DNA from: a virus
Lineage: Duplodnaviria; Caudoviricetes
Direction: 5' to 3' (one strand)
Virus record (IMG/VR): IMGVR_UViG_3300032272_000009
Span: 8,683 to 72,682 of that record
DNA length: 64,000 bases
Notes under the pieces: generated by a model
Seen by the model: the letters and a program-made list of their open reading frames with translations, nothing else
Database searches by the model: none
Told to the model about the DNA's origin: nothing
In this document: positions 56,002 to 64,000 of the stretch, in pieces
Position numbering within the stretch: the stretch's first letter is position 1
Layout of the letters: each line of letters begins with the position of its first letter
Program-made: the position numbers and the translations under genes

Positions 56002-56685
56002 ATGTCACAGTCCGCAGAAAACAAACAAAAAGCAGAAAACAGAATAATCGAAAAAGTAAGAAAGCTTTTTGCTCTTGCCGCAGATAAAGGTGCAGTTGGT
56101 GCAGAATCAGAAAATGCAATGCGCATGGCTAATGGTTTACTGGCAAAACATTCTTTAGAGATGAGTCAGCTTGCTTCGCCAGATACTGTGTTTTGTACCT
56201 TTGCAGATTATAATGTAAAGACTCCCGGCAACATGTCAATCATTGGCTCAATTGCCCGCCTGTATAATTGCAGGATTATCTTTGACGCAAACTGGACACC
56301 AACCAAGTCACTGATCATTGGTACTGGCTCAAACAGAATGACCGCAACAATTGTCATTGATCAAATCTTAGATCAGGTGAGGAAGGAAACCAAAGGCAAA
56401 AACGCTATGTTTAAAAAAGGTGTTGCAATTGGCTTGGCTGAAGTATGTCAGAAGATTATTGATGAGCGCAGGGCTGATAAAACAGAGATTCTTCCCGGTA
56501 CAGGCTTAGTACCTCTTGACCAAATGAAACAGCAAGATATTGCGAATGCTGAATTTGTAGAGTCTAATTTCAAAGGACTCACACGAGCCAAACCAATCAG
56601 AGGTTCCGAAGAAGGTGCTGCATATGGTAGAAGTCTGAATCCTGGCGCAAGAGTTGGTGGTGAAGGTCAGCGGAGAATCTCATGA
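56002..56685 (+). CDS. DUF2786-domain protein
   Basis: IIEKVRKLFALA...E.ENAMRMANGLLAKHSL. Confidence 0.8.
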   Translation: MSQSAENKQKAENRIIEKVRKLFALAADKGAVGAESENAMRMANGLLAKHSLEMSQLASPDTVFCTFADYNVKTPGNMSIIGSIARLYNCRIIFDANWTPTKSLIIGTGSNRMTATIVIDQILDQVRKETKGKNAMFKKGVAIGLAEVCQKIIDERRADKTEILPGTGLVPLDQMKQQDIANAEFVESNFKGLTRAKPIRGSEEGAAYGRSLNPGARVGGEGQRRIS

Positions 56686-56915
56686 TCCCACAATTAAAAA
56701 TTGATGGTAAAGAAGTTCTAACTATATCTGAGCCGCTATGGTGGCAGCTTAAAGGTTTACAGCAAACCCAATCAGGCTATGGTAGTAAAATATCAACGCA
56801 GTACAAAGTAAAACATGAAGGCAGATGGAAAAGGGTTTACTGTCGCATTTTTAGCAACTCTGGCACACTCTATGTTCTTAAAAAGGGTGAGCGGGTTATT
56901 GTGAGTGAATCATGA
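56682..56915 (+). CDS. Conserved small phage protein
   Basis: GLQQTQSGYGSKIST.YKV...GRWKRVY...FSNSG. Confidence 0.7.
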   Translation: MIPQLKIDGKEVLTISEPLWWQLKGLQQTQSGYGSKISTQYKVKHEGRWKRVYCRIFSNSGTLYVLKKGERVIVSES

Positions 56916-56982
56916 AAGATAGATACGAAATTTATGTTACATGTATGAAAGACCTTGGTTTACCATACAAAACTTTTGACGA

Positions 56983-57189
56983 GTGGTTAGACTCATGAGT
57001 GACGCGAATTATAGAGAATTTTTATCCCACTTGAGATTCATTCATTTTTATCGTGGTGGTCTTGAGCTTAGAAATATTGATAGTTTTCAAGATAGGATTG
57101 AAAACGATTACCCTGATTTGATCCCGGCGCTAAAAGAACAAGAAGCAGTAGAAGGCCGCATCAGGTTTATCGCTAACCAATTTGATTAA
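56983..57189 (+). CDS. Hypothetical protein
   Basis: 68-aa ORF followed by a terminator. Confidence 0.55.
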   Translation: MVRLMSDANYREFLSHLRFIHFYRGGLELRNIDSFQDRIENDYPDLIPALKEQEAVEGRIRFIANQFD

Positions 57190-57205
57190 ACAGTTTTCAC
57201 CTTTT

Positions 57206-57235
57206 GGCCAAGTACGAGAGTGCTTGGTCTTTTTT
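57206..57235 (+). terminator. Intrinsic terminator
   Basis: GGCCAAGTAC-GAGA-GTGCTTGGTC-TTTTTT. Confidence 0.8.
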
Positions 57236-57420
57236 ATTATTCCTGTAAAATTATGCGGAGCGTACGTCCCGTCCCAGTATATTTTAACCAGACCGAAATA
57301 ACCCAACCTCTAGCGCCATTTTCTGTAATTTTCATGTTATTCTCGGTCTCATATGAGGTGTGATGGCTGGATTATCTTGGTTGGGGTGCTACCTTGGCCT
57401 TGATAATTTCTAAAAGTGGC

Positions 57421-57636
57421 TCAGTCAGGCTTAAAAGTGGCTTCTGGCCTGTCCTGTACCCTGTGGCTAGGTGTGTTTGGTGGCCTCTGGTAATCTGGGT
57501 GCATTACAACGACCAAACCATTCAACTTCTCGATAGAATCATCTATTGTTGCTCTGTGTACAGAAGCTCGTGATAATTTTGCAGATGCATCAGCAATAGC
57601 CTTCTTCGCCCTCTTGATTAGTTGATCATAATTCAT
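57421..57636 (-). CDS. Hypothetical protein
   Basis: 71 aa, TAATG-coupled to 57636-58229. Confidence 0.55.
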   Translation of the reverse strand: MNYDQLIKRAKKAIADASAKLSRASVHRATIDDSIEKLNGLVVVMHPDYQRPPNTPSHRVQDRPEATFKPD

Positions 57637-58229
57637 TATTTATTCTCCAGCGCATCAAGTGTTGCTAAAAGTTTTGGCAGTTGTTGTAAGTTGAAACCTG
57701 ACGACACAAGTGCCATGTATTCTTTAGCATCAGCAATAGTAATCTTACCTTCAGACACTTTCGTAAGTATTGCATCAATCTGATCATCGATTGATTTGCC
57801 TTTTAGATCAATCATAGGTGCAGGATTGTCGGTTCTAACAATGATATCTTTCATTACCGACCAGATTTCTCTTTTAGCCCATTCTTCTGTTGTGTTTGGT
57901 TTTACCGATAATTTCTTATCACCATTTGCAAGACCGACCATTTCATCAATCAATGGGGCTGCACCTTCAAGAAAATGCTTTTTCATTTTTACAGGGTCAG
58001 ATACAAGCTCAGCGTGTTTCGCTGCTTTGATTTTCTGTAGATCAATATACTCACGATCAGAAAAATCAGATTTTTGGACATCTGTTAAATCATCCCAATA
58101 TAAGGCGGCCAGAACTTTCTTATCGGAAATGTCAAGATTGTTCCATTCTTTTAACCAATGTTTTTCCCAGATTAGGAAGATGCCCTCGGACGCCCCTAAA
58201 ACCACTTCTTTGCTTATTCTGTTGTCCAT
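57636..58229 (-). CDS. Putative terminase small subunit
   Basis: C-terminal P.IDL.GKSIDDQIDAIL.KV.EG.IT..DA...M.L....L..LDALE pattern recalled from TerS-like proteins; no other TerS candidate in the window. Confidence 0.45.
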   Translation of the reverse strand: MDNRISKEVVLGASEGIFLIWEKHWLKEWNNLDISDKKVLAALYWDDLTDVQKSDFSDREYIDLQKIKAAKHAELVSDPVKMKKHFLEGAAPLIDEMVGLANGDKKLSVKPNTTEEWAKREIWSVMKDIIVRTDNPAPMIDLKGKSIDDQIDAILTKVSEGKITIADAKEYMALVSSGFNLQQLPKLLATLDALENK

Positions 58230-58290
58230 GTGTCAATCTCTCGTTTATTGTGATTTTTATTAAAAATTCATGTTTTTCGGTGCTAAAAGC

Positions 58291-58790
58291 GAAAGGTACC
58301 GCTAAAGTACCTGTAAAGTGTACCATAAAGGTACCGTTAAGTTCCAGTGTAAGTGCTTGAAAGTGTTGAATAAATTGAAAAGGTACCGGATAAAAGAAAT
58401 AGTAGAGATTTTTAGTGAAAAAGGGGTGTGATTTTTTTTATCGGTTATTAGGGTTCGTGCACAAAGGGCGGCGCCGCGGTACCTTTCGGGAATTTCGGCT
58501 CTATCACCGCTACATTCTATAACAATATCAACAACTTGCAACACATTCCAAGAAGTACCATGACGGTACCTTCCACGGTACCTTTTCAGCCCAATTTCCC
58601 CAGATTGGGCAATTATTACCCACATTTGAATCCACACAGAAAACAATGTTATCCAGATTCCCAGAATCTCGCTCGGACGAGTTTTTCTAACCACACTAAA
58701 ACCATCTATATTATCCATTTCTTGAGCCTCGATTCCAAACATTTCAAACACCATTCTCCGGGTACCTTCAAGGTACTTTCACGGTACCTT
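58291..58790. repeat. GGTACC iteron-like array (putative origin or pac region)
   Basis: GGTACC at 58295, 58330, 58382, 58478, 58565, 58577, 58761, 58783, plus near-copies. Confidence 0.8.
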
Positions 58791-58806
58791 TACAATTTTA
58801 AACAAA

Positions 58807-59010
58807 TTACGAACCATCAGTCATAGCCCTAATTTTAAACCATATAAGCAAACTATAACTAGCAATAACAAGAGCACCATATGTAGCAATAAGAAAACCA
58901 AAATAATACCCATCAGATTCGGAGATATTAGTATTAGTTATAGCCCAATAAATAACATAAAACAAGAAAACCTGAGACAAAACATACGGAACACAAACCC
59001 AATATTTCAT
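58807..59010 (-). CDS. Small two-TM membrane protein
   Basis: Two hydrophobic helices. Confidence 0.6.
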   Translation of the reverse strand: MKYWVCVPYVLSQVFLFYVIYWAITNTNISESDGYYFGFLIATYGALVIASYSLLIWFKIRAMTDGS

Positions 59011-59396
59011 TTCTTCGCCCCTTTCCTATAATATTCTATCTTATTTAACGCATCTATAGCCATACAATTACCAATACTATTTCCATGTGTGTTACCATTA
59101 CCTAAACAAGCAATAGTTTCTAAAGATGCTCGTAAAGATTGAATCAACGAATCCATCTCATCAGGTTCATCAGGTTCATAACTAAGAATTTTAAGTGGAT
59201 CAATAGCTAAATCATTTGCACGCAGATAGTTAAGAACAGCATGTTTAACCAATTCTCGCAAACACTGAGGTGGATCGGGAACCGTCTTAGATACTAATTT
59301 GGTTACAGCGCTAACCAATTCAGATATTTCATTGTCTTTAAGACCTCTTATAATTTCGTATGGGTATTGATTATCACTCATTATCTTGTTATCCAT
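59007..59396 (-). CDS. Hypothetical protein
   Basis: 129 aa; coupled; C-terminal IACLGNG...GNSIGN.MA..AL. Confidence 0.65.
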   Translation of the reverse strand: MDNKIMSDNQYPYEIIRGLKDNEISELVSAVTKLVSKTVPDPPQCLRELVKHAVLNYLRANDLAIDPLKILSYEPDEPDEMDSLIQSLRASLETIACLGNGNTHGNSIGNCMAIDALNKIEYYRKGAKK

Positions 59397-59400
59397 TTTG

Positions 59401-59760
59401 TTAGGTTATTTTGCACACGAAAACTGGTTTCGGGTCAACTACATGTAATAATGATTCAGCCTTAAGCTTCATTTCTTTTGCAGTATCTAACCGAGACGAT
59501 AATATTCTTATCTGACACTCTTTCCTTTTAAGAAAAGAGTTAAGTGCGCCTGTTTGATCAATACATGCAAACTGTTTTTTAGCATGAAGATTGACAAACT
59601 TCTTCTTTCCGAAGTTATCAATCCATGCACCCTTTGGCGTCTCTTTTAGTATCTTAAACTCAGTAAGATTCAACATAACTCGATATCCATGTGATGTTCC
59701 ATATTCATCAACACCAGTTGAATACCTTAACCCGTCATATCTATAAAGTACATTACTCAT
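59401..59760 (-). CDS. Conserved hypothetical phage protein
   Basis: ILKETPKGAWI...KKFV....KQFA motif. Confidence 0.7.
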   Translation of the reverse strand: MSNVLYRYDGLRYSTGVDEYGTSHGYRVMLNLTEFKILKETPKGAWIDNFGKKKFVNLHAKKQFACIDQTGALNSFLKRKECQIRILSSRLDTAKEMKLKAESLLHVVDPKPVFVCKIT

Positions 59761-59764
59761 TTCA

Positions 59765-60325
59765 TTATCCTTTTGTTTTAAATGCTACTAAAGCTCTCAT
59801 TGCAGCTATTAATACTGTCGGGCCCATCACTGATGTATCACAAGTAGGGTTATCTTTAGTTACAGTTGCCCACCAATATGTTTCGCCTTCTATCTTAGTT
59901 GGTGTCAAATCAATCCTATGCTGTTCAATCAGAGGACCGCCTTGTTCCCAATTACTAGAGAACTCCAAAGGCATATCAGATTTATATTCATCTATATAGG
60001 CATAACATATACCATTCTTTATTCCCGGTTTAAAACAGTCATCATCATAATGCCCAAGCACTTTGGCAACAGCCAAATCAAGTTCCGCACCAATCAACTC
60101 TTTTTCACAAAGAACATTTATTTTACAAAAATGTTCAGCAACTAATACGCCATTACGTTTACACTCAAGACAGTCACCAATTCTATTATCCATCTCAATA
60201 TCTATATTATCAATCAATATATAACCATGTGGATCGAACCCAAACATAGAAATATGATCTTCAATAATACTAACATCGCACCAATTACCATTCTCCCATT
60301 TTGCAATTTTCATTTTATTCTCCAT
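59765..60325 (-). CDS. NinX/DUF2591-family protein
   Basis: LIGAELDLAVAK...FSSNWEQGGPLIEQHRIDL...GPTVLIAAMRALVA. Confidence 0.8.
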   Translation of the reverse strand: MENKMKIAKWENGNWCDVSIIEDHISMFGFDPHGYILIDNIDIEMDNRIGDCLECKRNGVLVAEHFCKINVLCEKELIGAELDLAVAKVLGHYDDDCFKPGIKNGICYAYIDEYKSDMPLEFSSNWEQGGPLIEQHRIDLTPTKIEGETYWWATVTKDNPTCDTSVMGPTVLIAAMRALVAFKTKG

Positions 60326-60672
60326 TAATCTTCTTCTTTACACGGACTTGGGTTTTCGTCAAACCGAACAGCCTTTATAGTCTTTCTTCCTTCAATCATG
60401 GCCTTGATTATCCTATGTCTACCGTCCATTAACTCACCATCCTCATCAAGAATAATAGGAAAATCCAAGTTTGCTGAATTAACCGCATTAATATGCATTG
60501 CCATTGCCCTTAATGTAAGGTCTTCATACTTGTTATACACGTTAAGGTGATCTAATGGTATATCCATGACTTCAAAATCTTTTGATAGATCGAACAGTCT
60601 AGCTACTGACCAATGATGCCGACCAATTTTAGACATTTGTGTTTCAGTTGGACAAAATTTTGGTATTTTCAC
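60325..60672 (-). CDS. Stand-alone ParB/Srx-like domain protein
   Basis: NLDFPIILDEDGELMDGRHRIIKA...G; GTG start behind GGAG. Confidence 0.75.
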   Translation of the reverse strand: MKIPKFCPTETQMSKIGRHHWSVARLFDLSKDFEVMDIPLDHLNVYNKYEDLTLRAMAMHINAVNSANLDFPIILDEDGELMDGRHRIIKAMIEGRKTIKAVRFDENPSPCKEED

Positions 60673-60674
60673 AA

Positions 60675-60956
60675 CTACTCTCCATGATATTCCCACAAAA
60701 CAGCGTTACAATAACTATGAACTGCACCAATAGTCATCCCAGTATCGTGATTATGATGCAAATGAACAGGCCATTTGAAAAAATGAAAAGGAAATAACGC
60801 AATGTTAACCTTTTTACAAAGCATTTCCTTAGTAGGTTTGCCAATCAACGGTGCCCCACAATGGCAACATAGACCTTTTTGGCGCGTAATATACTCTTGC
60901 CTAACAAGCTTCCTGACAGAAAAATGAGTATCATTATAATTTACTGGTAATTCCAT
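60675..60956 (-). CDS. His-Me finger (endonuclease VII/HNH-like) protein
   Basis: QKGLCCHCG...VHLHHNHDTG...GAVHSYCN. Confidence 0.75.
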   Translation of the reverse strand: MELPVNYNDTHFSVRKLVRQEYITRQKGLCCHCGAPLIGKPTKEMLCKKVNIALFPFHFFKWPVHLHHNHDTGMTIGAVHSYCNAVLWEYHGE

Positions 60957-60957
60957 A

Positions 60958-61161
60958 TTATTCGCCCTCTTTATTACAAGAGCTAAACCTATTAAGCCAT
61001 TTTACATTTTTCTTAAGTGTCTCAATCTTTTTATCTTGATCAACAATGCAATCATTAGCGAGAGTTAAATCCTCAACCAAATGTTCAATGATTGCCTCAG
61101 CTTCATTTACGTCTTCTGAGTCACTAACAAGCCACTCATTTGCGGCATCAATTATATTCAT
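60958..61161 (-). CDS. Hypothetical coiled-coil protein
   Basis: 67-aa ORF, coupled. Confidence 0.55.
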   Translation of the reverse strand: MNIIDAANEWLVSDSEDVNEAEAIIEHLVEDLTLANDCIVDQDKKIETLKKNVKWLNRFSSCNKEGE

Positions 61162-61409
61162 GACTCTACCTCAATGATAGTCCATCTACTAAATGTCAAC
61201 ACATCAAGAAGTTTTTTATAATTACACATTTTATGTGCAGAACGTAATATATGAACAGTAGCATGTTCACCATGAATACCAACAATGCAATCCATCCTGT
61301 CTACAATTCTTGCTCTGTGTTTTTCAATATTGTTTGCAGTGCAAAAATCATAAAGTTCTTTTCTATCAATAGACATGATATAAACGTAGTCTTCTTTATT
61401 TATGCTCAT
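61158..61409 (-). CDS. Hypothetical protein
   Basis: 83-aa ORF, coupled. Confidence 0.55.
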   Translation of the reverse strand: MSINKEDYVYIMSIDRKELYDFCTANNIEKHRARIVDRMDCIVGIHGEHATVHILRSAHKMCNYKKLLDVLTFSRWTIIEVES

Positions 61410-61637
61410 CTAAACATACTCATAGATAATCTTCTTATCTAATTTACTTCTAAGTTTATGCGTTTTTATCTGTTTTATAGCCCAGTCTTTATTAGAGTTC
61501 CAAGGAGAGTTACCATGATCAATATCGGTTGGACGTTGTATTGGCAGTCTAACCCATAAAAACAATATTTTAATTTGAGGCAAATAAATCAAATTTCCTA
61601 TATTGTTTAGTTTTATAGCAATCCTGTACCGTTTCAT
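61410..61637 (-). CDS. Hypothetical protein
   Basis: Start MKRYRIA behind a GGAG SD. Confidence 0.55.
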   Translation of the reverse strand: MKRYRIAIKLNNIGNLIYLPQIKILFLWVRLPIQRPTDIDHGNSPWNSNKDWAIKQIKTHKLRSKLDKKIIYEYV

Positions 61638-61638
61638 T

Positions 61639-64000
61639 TTAACTCTCTCCTGATTTAACTGGCATATCAAAGGCACTGCTTAAGGTTTCACCCCAGTTTA
61701 AAGCAATCCTAAAGCCTTTCTTCTGCTTTTTAGCAGCAAGGGTAAACTTAGCATACCTAAAACCTTTTGTGGCTAGGTAGTTGCTTATAGTGCCTGCTAC
61801 TCTTGAGTCGGATATGTTAACACCAATCTCTGAACATATTTCTTTTGAGGTAAGTGTTACAAAGCTAATTGCTTCACCAATATCAGTAACACCAATCTCA
61901 CCCCTTACACCATGAATCTTTCTCCATTCATCATTCTTTTCAACGTCAAACTTCTGTTCAAGAGCTTCAATGTTTGGATCAATCCTATCATGCGACTTTG
62001 TGACAACTCTCAAATAGCTCTCCAGTTCATCATCTGGCCACCATTGCTCACCTTCTAGGTAATAATGATACATCTCAGCCCAGAATTGTTGCGTGTGGTA
62101 GCTGTCACTCATTCTTTCATGCATTTTCTCAGCTACTACAGCGGTTGGTTCCTGTTTCTCTTCAATCTTTGTTTCGCTCTTCGCTTCATTCTGACTAACA
62201 ATATCAGATGAACTAAGAATCGCTCTACCAAATGCATCAGTTTTCTTAGGTTCTTCAACAAAGTTAGAAATATCCGTGACGGGCTCTGCCTGTTTAGGTG
62301 GCGTAATCTCTTTACTTATAGAGGTATCAGATTCGGTTTCTTGGTCGCCATTAGGGATAGCAATTTCATAGAAAGGTTTTAGAAGTTTTACGTGTAAAGG
62401 TAGGTATCGTCTATTACCAGTTTTATCAACTAAAAATTGAATATCATTAACGGTACCAACAAAGGATGTCCGTCTTACAAACTTACTTTCAGAGGCAGCA
62501 TAAGGCATTCTAATCTGGTCATCTTCTTTAGATAGGAAAGCTTTAAGGCTTGATATATCAGACTTCTTGAAGGTGCTATCAAGCTCCCCCAGCTCAGTTA
62601 TCCAGTGGGATATAGCAATCTTAATATTGTCCTTGTCTTTAACATCAAGCTCATGACCTGTAAGAATGTATTGTTTTAGCTCGTTAGGAAGTAGTGACTT
62701 GATAAACTTGGTTTTCTGTATACCCTGATCGCCAACAAATACAAGTATGTGCTCATACTTGGGAACAGCAATACCCATCTTGTGCGACAATGGTGAGTTT
62801 CTAGCACTATCTAAAGCTGCGATACATTGAAGGAACCACATTCTCAACACTTTGGTTTTGTAGCGCTTTGAAAAAGATTCATTAACTCTTTCATCACTAC
62901 TGGAGCCATACACCTCAGTCTTGATATTATCAGTCACTAATTGGAGTCGTGGGTTACCATCCCACTTAACCCTAGCAACCCAATCAAGAACGGGATTCAT
63001 CTGATTTGAGTTTACCATCTCAGCAACATAGTTCACACTATCCTTGCCCAAGCCATTCAACACACAAAGGGATTTGAGCCTAGATAAACATGCGTTCATT
63101 TTGTTGTCACCATCAGGAACACTATTTGATGGAAACACTATCTCAGGTATCTTTAACACAACATCGTAACTAAACTGTATACCATAAGCCTGAGTCATAA
63201 ACTCAAAGTTCTCAACAGTATCGAAGTTCATCCTGCTCTCGCCACGATAGAAGGTGTGAGGGAACTCTAATGTAATTGGCGCACTTATGTTTCCTTGTAT
63301 CATCTCAGGGATGAAAGAGCCGTCATCTCTGATAGCATGAGATACTAGATTAAGCATTACTGATTCACGCTTAGAACCATCACCACCTTTTATCCTAGCA
63401 TAATGCTCCCTGAATGCCTTATCACACGAACTCTTCTTGAGTCCAGCATACTTAGCGAGCATAGCTATTAACTGGTCAATCTCTGTAGCCATAAAATCAA
63501 AGCGTGCTGCCTCCATAGCAGCAGTCTTGAACATTATTTTATGGTCTTTTGTATCACATACCTCAAGAGCAATTTCAGAGGCAGACTTGCGTTCACTATG
63601 TTCTAGTGCATAAACAATGCCACCATGTGCGTGACTATGTATGATCCTATTGTCTATGTCAATCCAAGCTTTTGTGGCACTCCCAGAACTACCACCATAA
63701 TCAGGCTCAAGCGGATCATGGCAGTATTCTGCATCATACAATTCAGGGTTATCAAATAAATCATGTACTGTAATCTCAACGCCTGTACTCATCTTTATAG
63801 GGTTGTCGCTGTATAACACTTTGTTAACAACACAGCTATTTAATTTGGAAGCACTAAGACCAAATCGCTCATGGTTCTTTGTTACATAAGAGTCACGGAC
63901 TGAAGTTGCCAATCCTGATCTTTTATCCTTTGCATTATCTATAAGCTGTTTGCAGCGCTCATCTTCTTCCATAGTGAGGTCGGTAATCACCCTAGTATTT
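61639..64000 (-). CDS. VirE/VapE-family (SF3-like) primase-helicase, 5'-truncated by the window
   Basis: VFVGDQGIQKT (Walker A), WITELGEL, LKAFLS...D.IR.PY, RRTSFVGTVN...FL.D.TGNRRY, QFWAE...Y..GE.WW; the frame is open to the window edge. Confidence 0.88.
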   Translation of the reverse strand, partial: NTRVITDLTMEEDERCKQLIDNAKDKRSGLATSVRDSYVTKNHERFGLSASKLNSCVVNKVLYSDNPIKMSTGVEITVHDLFDNPELYDAEYCHDPLEPDYGGSSGSATKAWIDIDNRIIHSHAHGGIVYALEHSERKSASEIALEVCDTKDHKIMFKTAAMEAARFDFMATEIDQLIAMLAKYAGLKKSSCDKAFREHYARIKGGDGSKRESVMLNLVSHAIRDDGSFIPEMIQGNISAPITLEFPHTFYRGESRMNFDTVENFEFMTQAYGIQFSYDVVLKIPEIVFPSNSVPDGDNKMNACLSRLKSLCVLNGLGKDSVNYVAEMVNSNQMNPVLDWVARVKWDGNPRLQLVTDNIKTEVYGSSSDERVNESFSKRYKTKVLRMWFLQCIAALDSARNSPLSHKMGIAVPKYEHILVFVGDQGIQKTKFIKSLLPNELKQYILTGHELDVKDKDNIKIAISHWITELGELDSTFKKSDISSLKAFLSKEDDQIRMPYAASESKFVRRTSFVGTVNDIQFLVDKTGNRRYLPLHVKLLKPFYEIAIPNGDQETESDTSISKEITPPKQAEPVTDISNFVEEPKKTDAFGRAILSSSDIVSQNEAKSETKIEEKQEPTAVVAEKMHERMSDSYHTQQFWAEMYHYYLEGEQWWPDDELESYLRVVTKSHDRIDPNIEALEQKFDVEKNDEWRKIHGVRGEIGVTDIGEAISFVTLTSKEICSEIGVNISDSRVAGTISNYLATKGFRYAKFTLAAKKQKKGFRIALNWGETLSSAFDMPVKSGES

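Noticed and set aside
58302-58754. 150-aa ORF (-) and the overlapping 96-aa ORF (+)
   Set aside because: Composition is dictated by the GGTACC repeats (RYR/GT/VP runs), with no SD and no protein-like pattern. Treated as non-coding.
1-64000. Prophage, temperate lifestyle or mobile elements
   Set aside because: No integrase, recombinase, CI/Cro switch, transposase or host genes are visible, and gene density and content are phage-like from edge to edge.
1-64000. Stop-codon reassignment
   Set aside because: Core genes are full length in the standard code, TAG ends several genes, and no credible suppressor tRNA is present.

Overview
The window holds most of a lytic, AT-rich siphovirus-type dsDNA phage genome. 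No integrase, lysogeny switch, tail sheath, rRNA or CRISPR array is visible, and genes are cut at both edges. Layout: (i) a leftward block of small genes, a tRNA-like RNA and a GHKL ATPase (1-2415); (ii) a rightward early/replication block (2638-25611) with peptide deformylase, Dda/RecD-like helicase, ATP-dependent ligase, Sak4-like ATPase, SSB, Cas4-like exonuclease, SF2 helicase and DnaE plus epsilon exonuclease; (iii) a leftward lysis, tail, head and packaging block (25608-52441); (iv) a divergent early region with strong promoters (53053-57189); (v) a leftward block ending in a VirE/VapE-type primase-helicase that runs off the right edge. The host is probably a gammaproteobacterium (inference from the ThyA type and from sigma70 and sigma54 motifs). 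The best candidate for an undescribed system is a translationally coupled nucleotide-chemistry operon around DnaE (17088-25611): SAM methyltransferase, UDP-galactopyranose-mutase-like flavoprotein, HAD phosphatase, P-loop-less kinase fold, ThyX-fold protein lacking the catalytic SxRY motif, internally duplicated MazG and a second, ThyA-type synthase. This looks like a pathway to a non-canonical DNA base. Other leads: a phased array of sigma54 (-24/-12) sites between two divergent paralogous genes, a 155-nt tRNA-like RNA with a large insertion, a GGTACC iteron-like array, a predicted pseudoknot at the tail-chaperone RBS, and a 7-bladed FG-GAP propeller inserted in the central tail protein. All family calls come from motif recognition by eye; no database searches were run.
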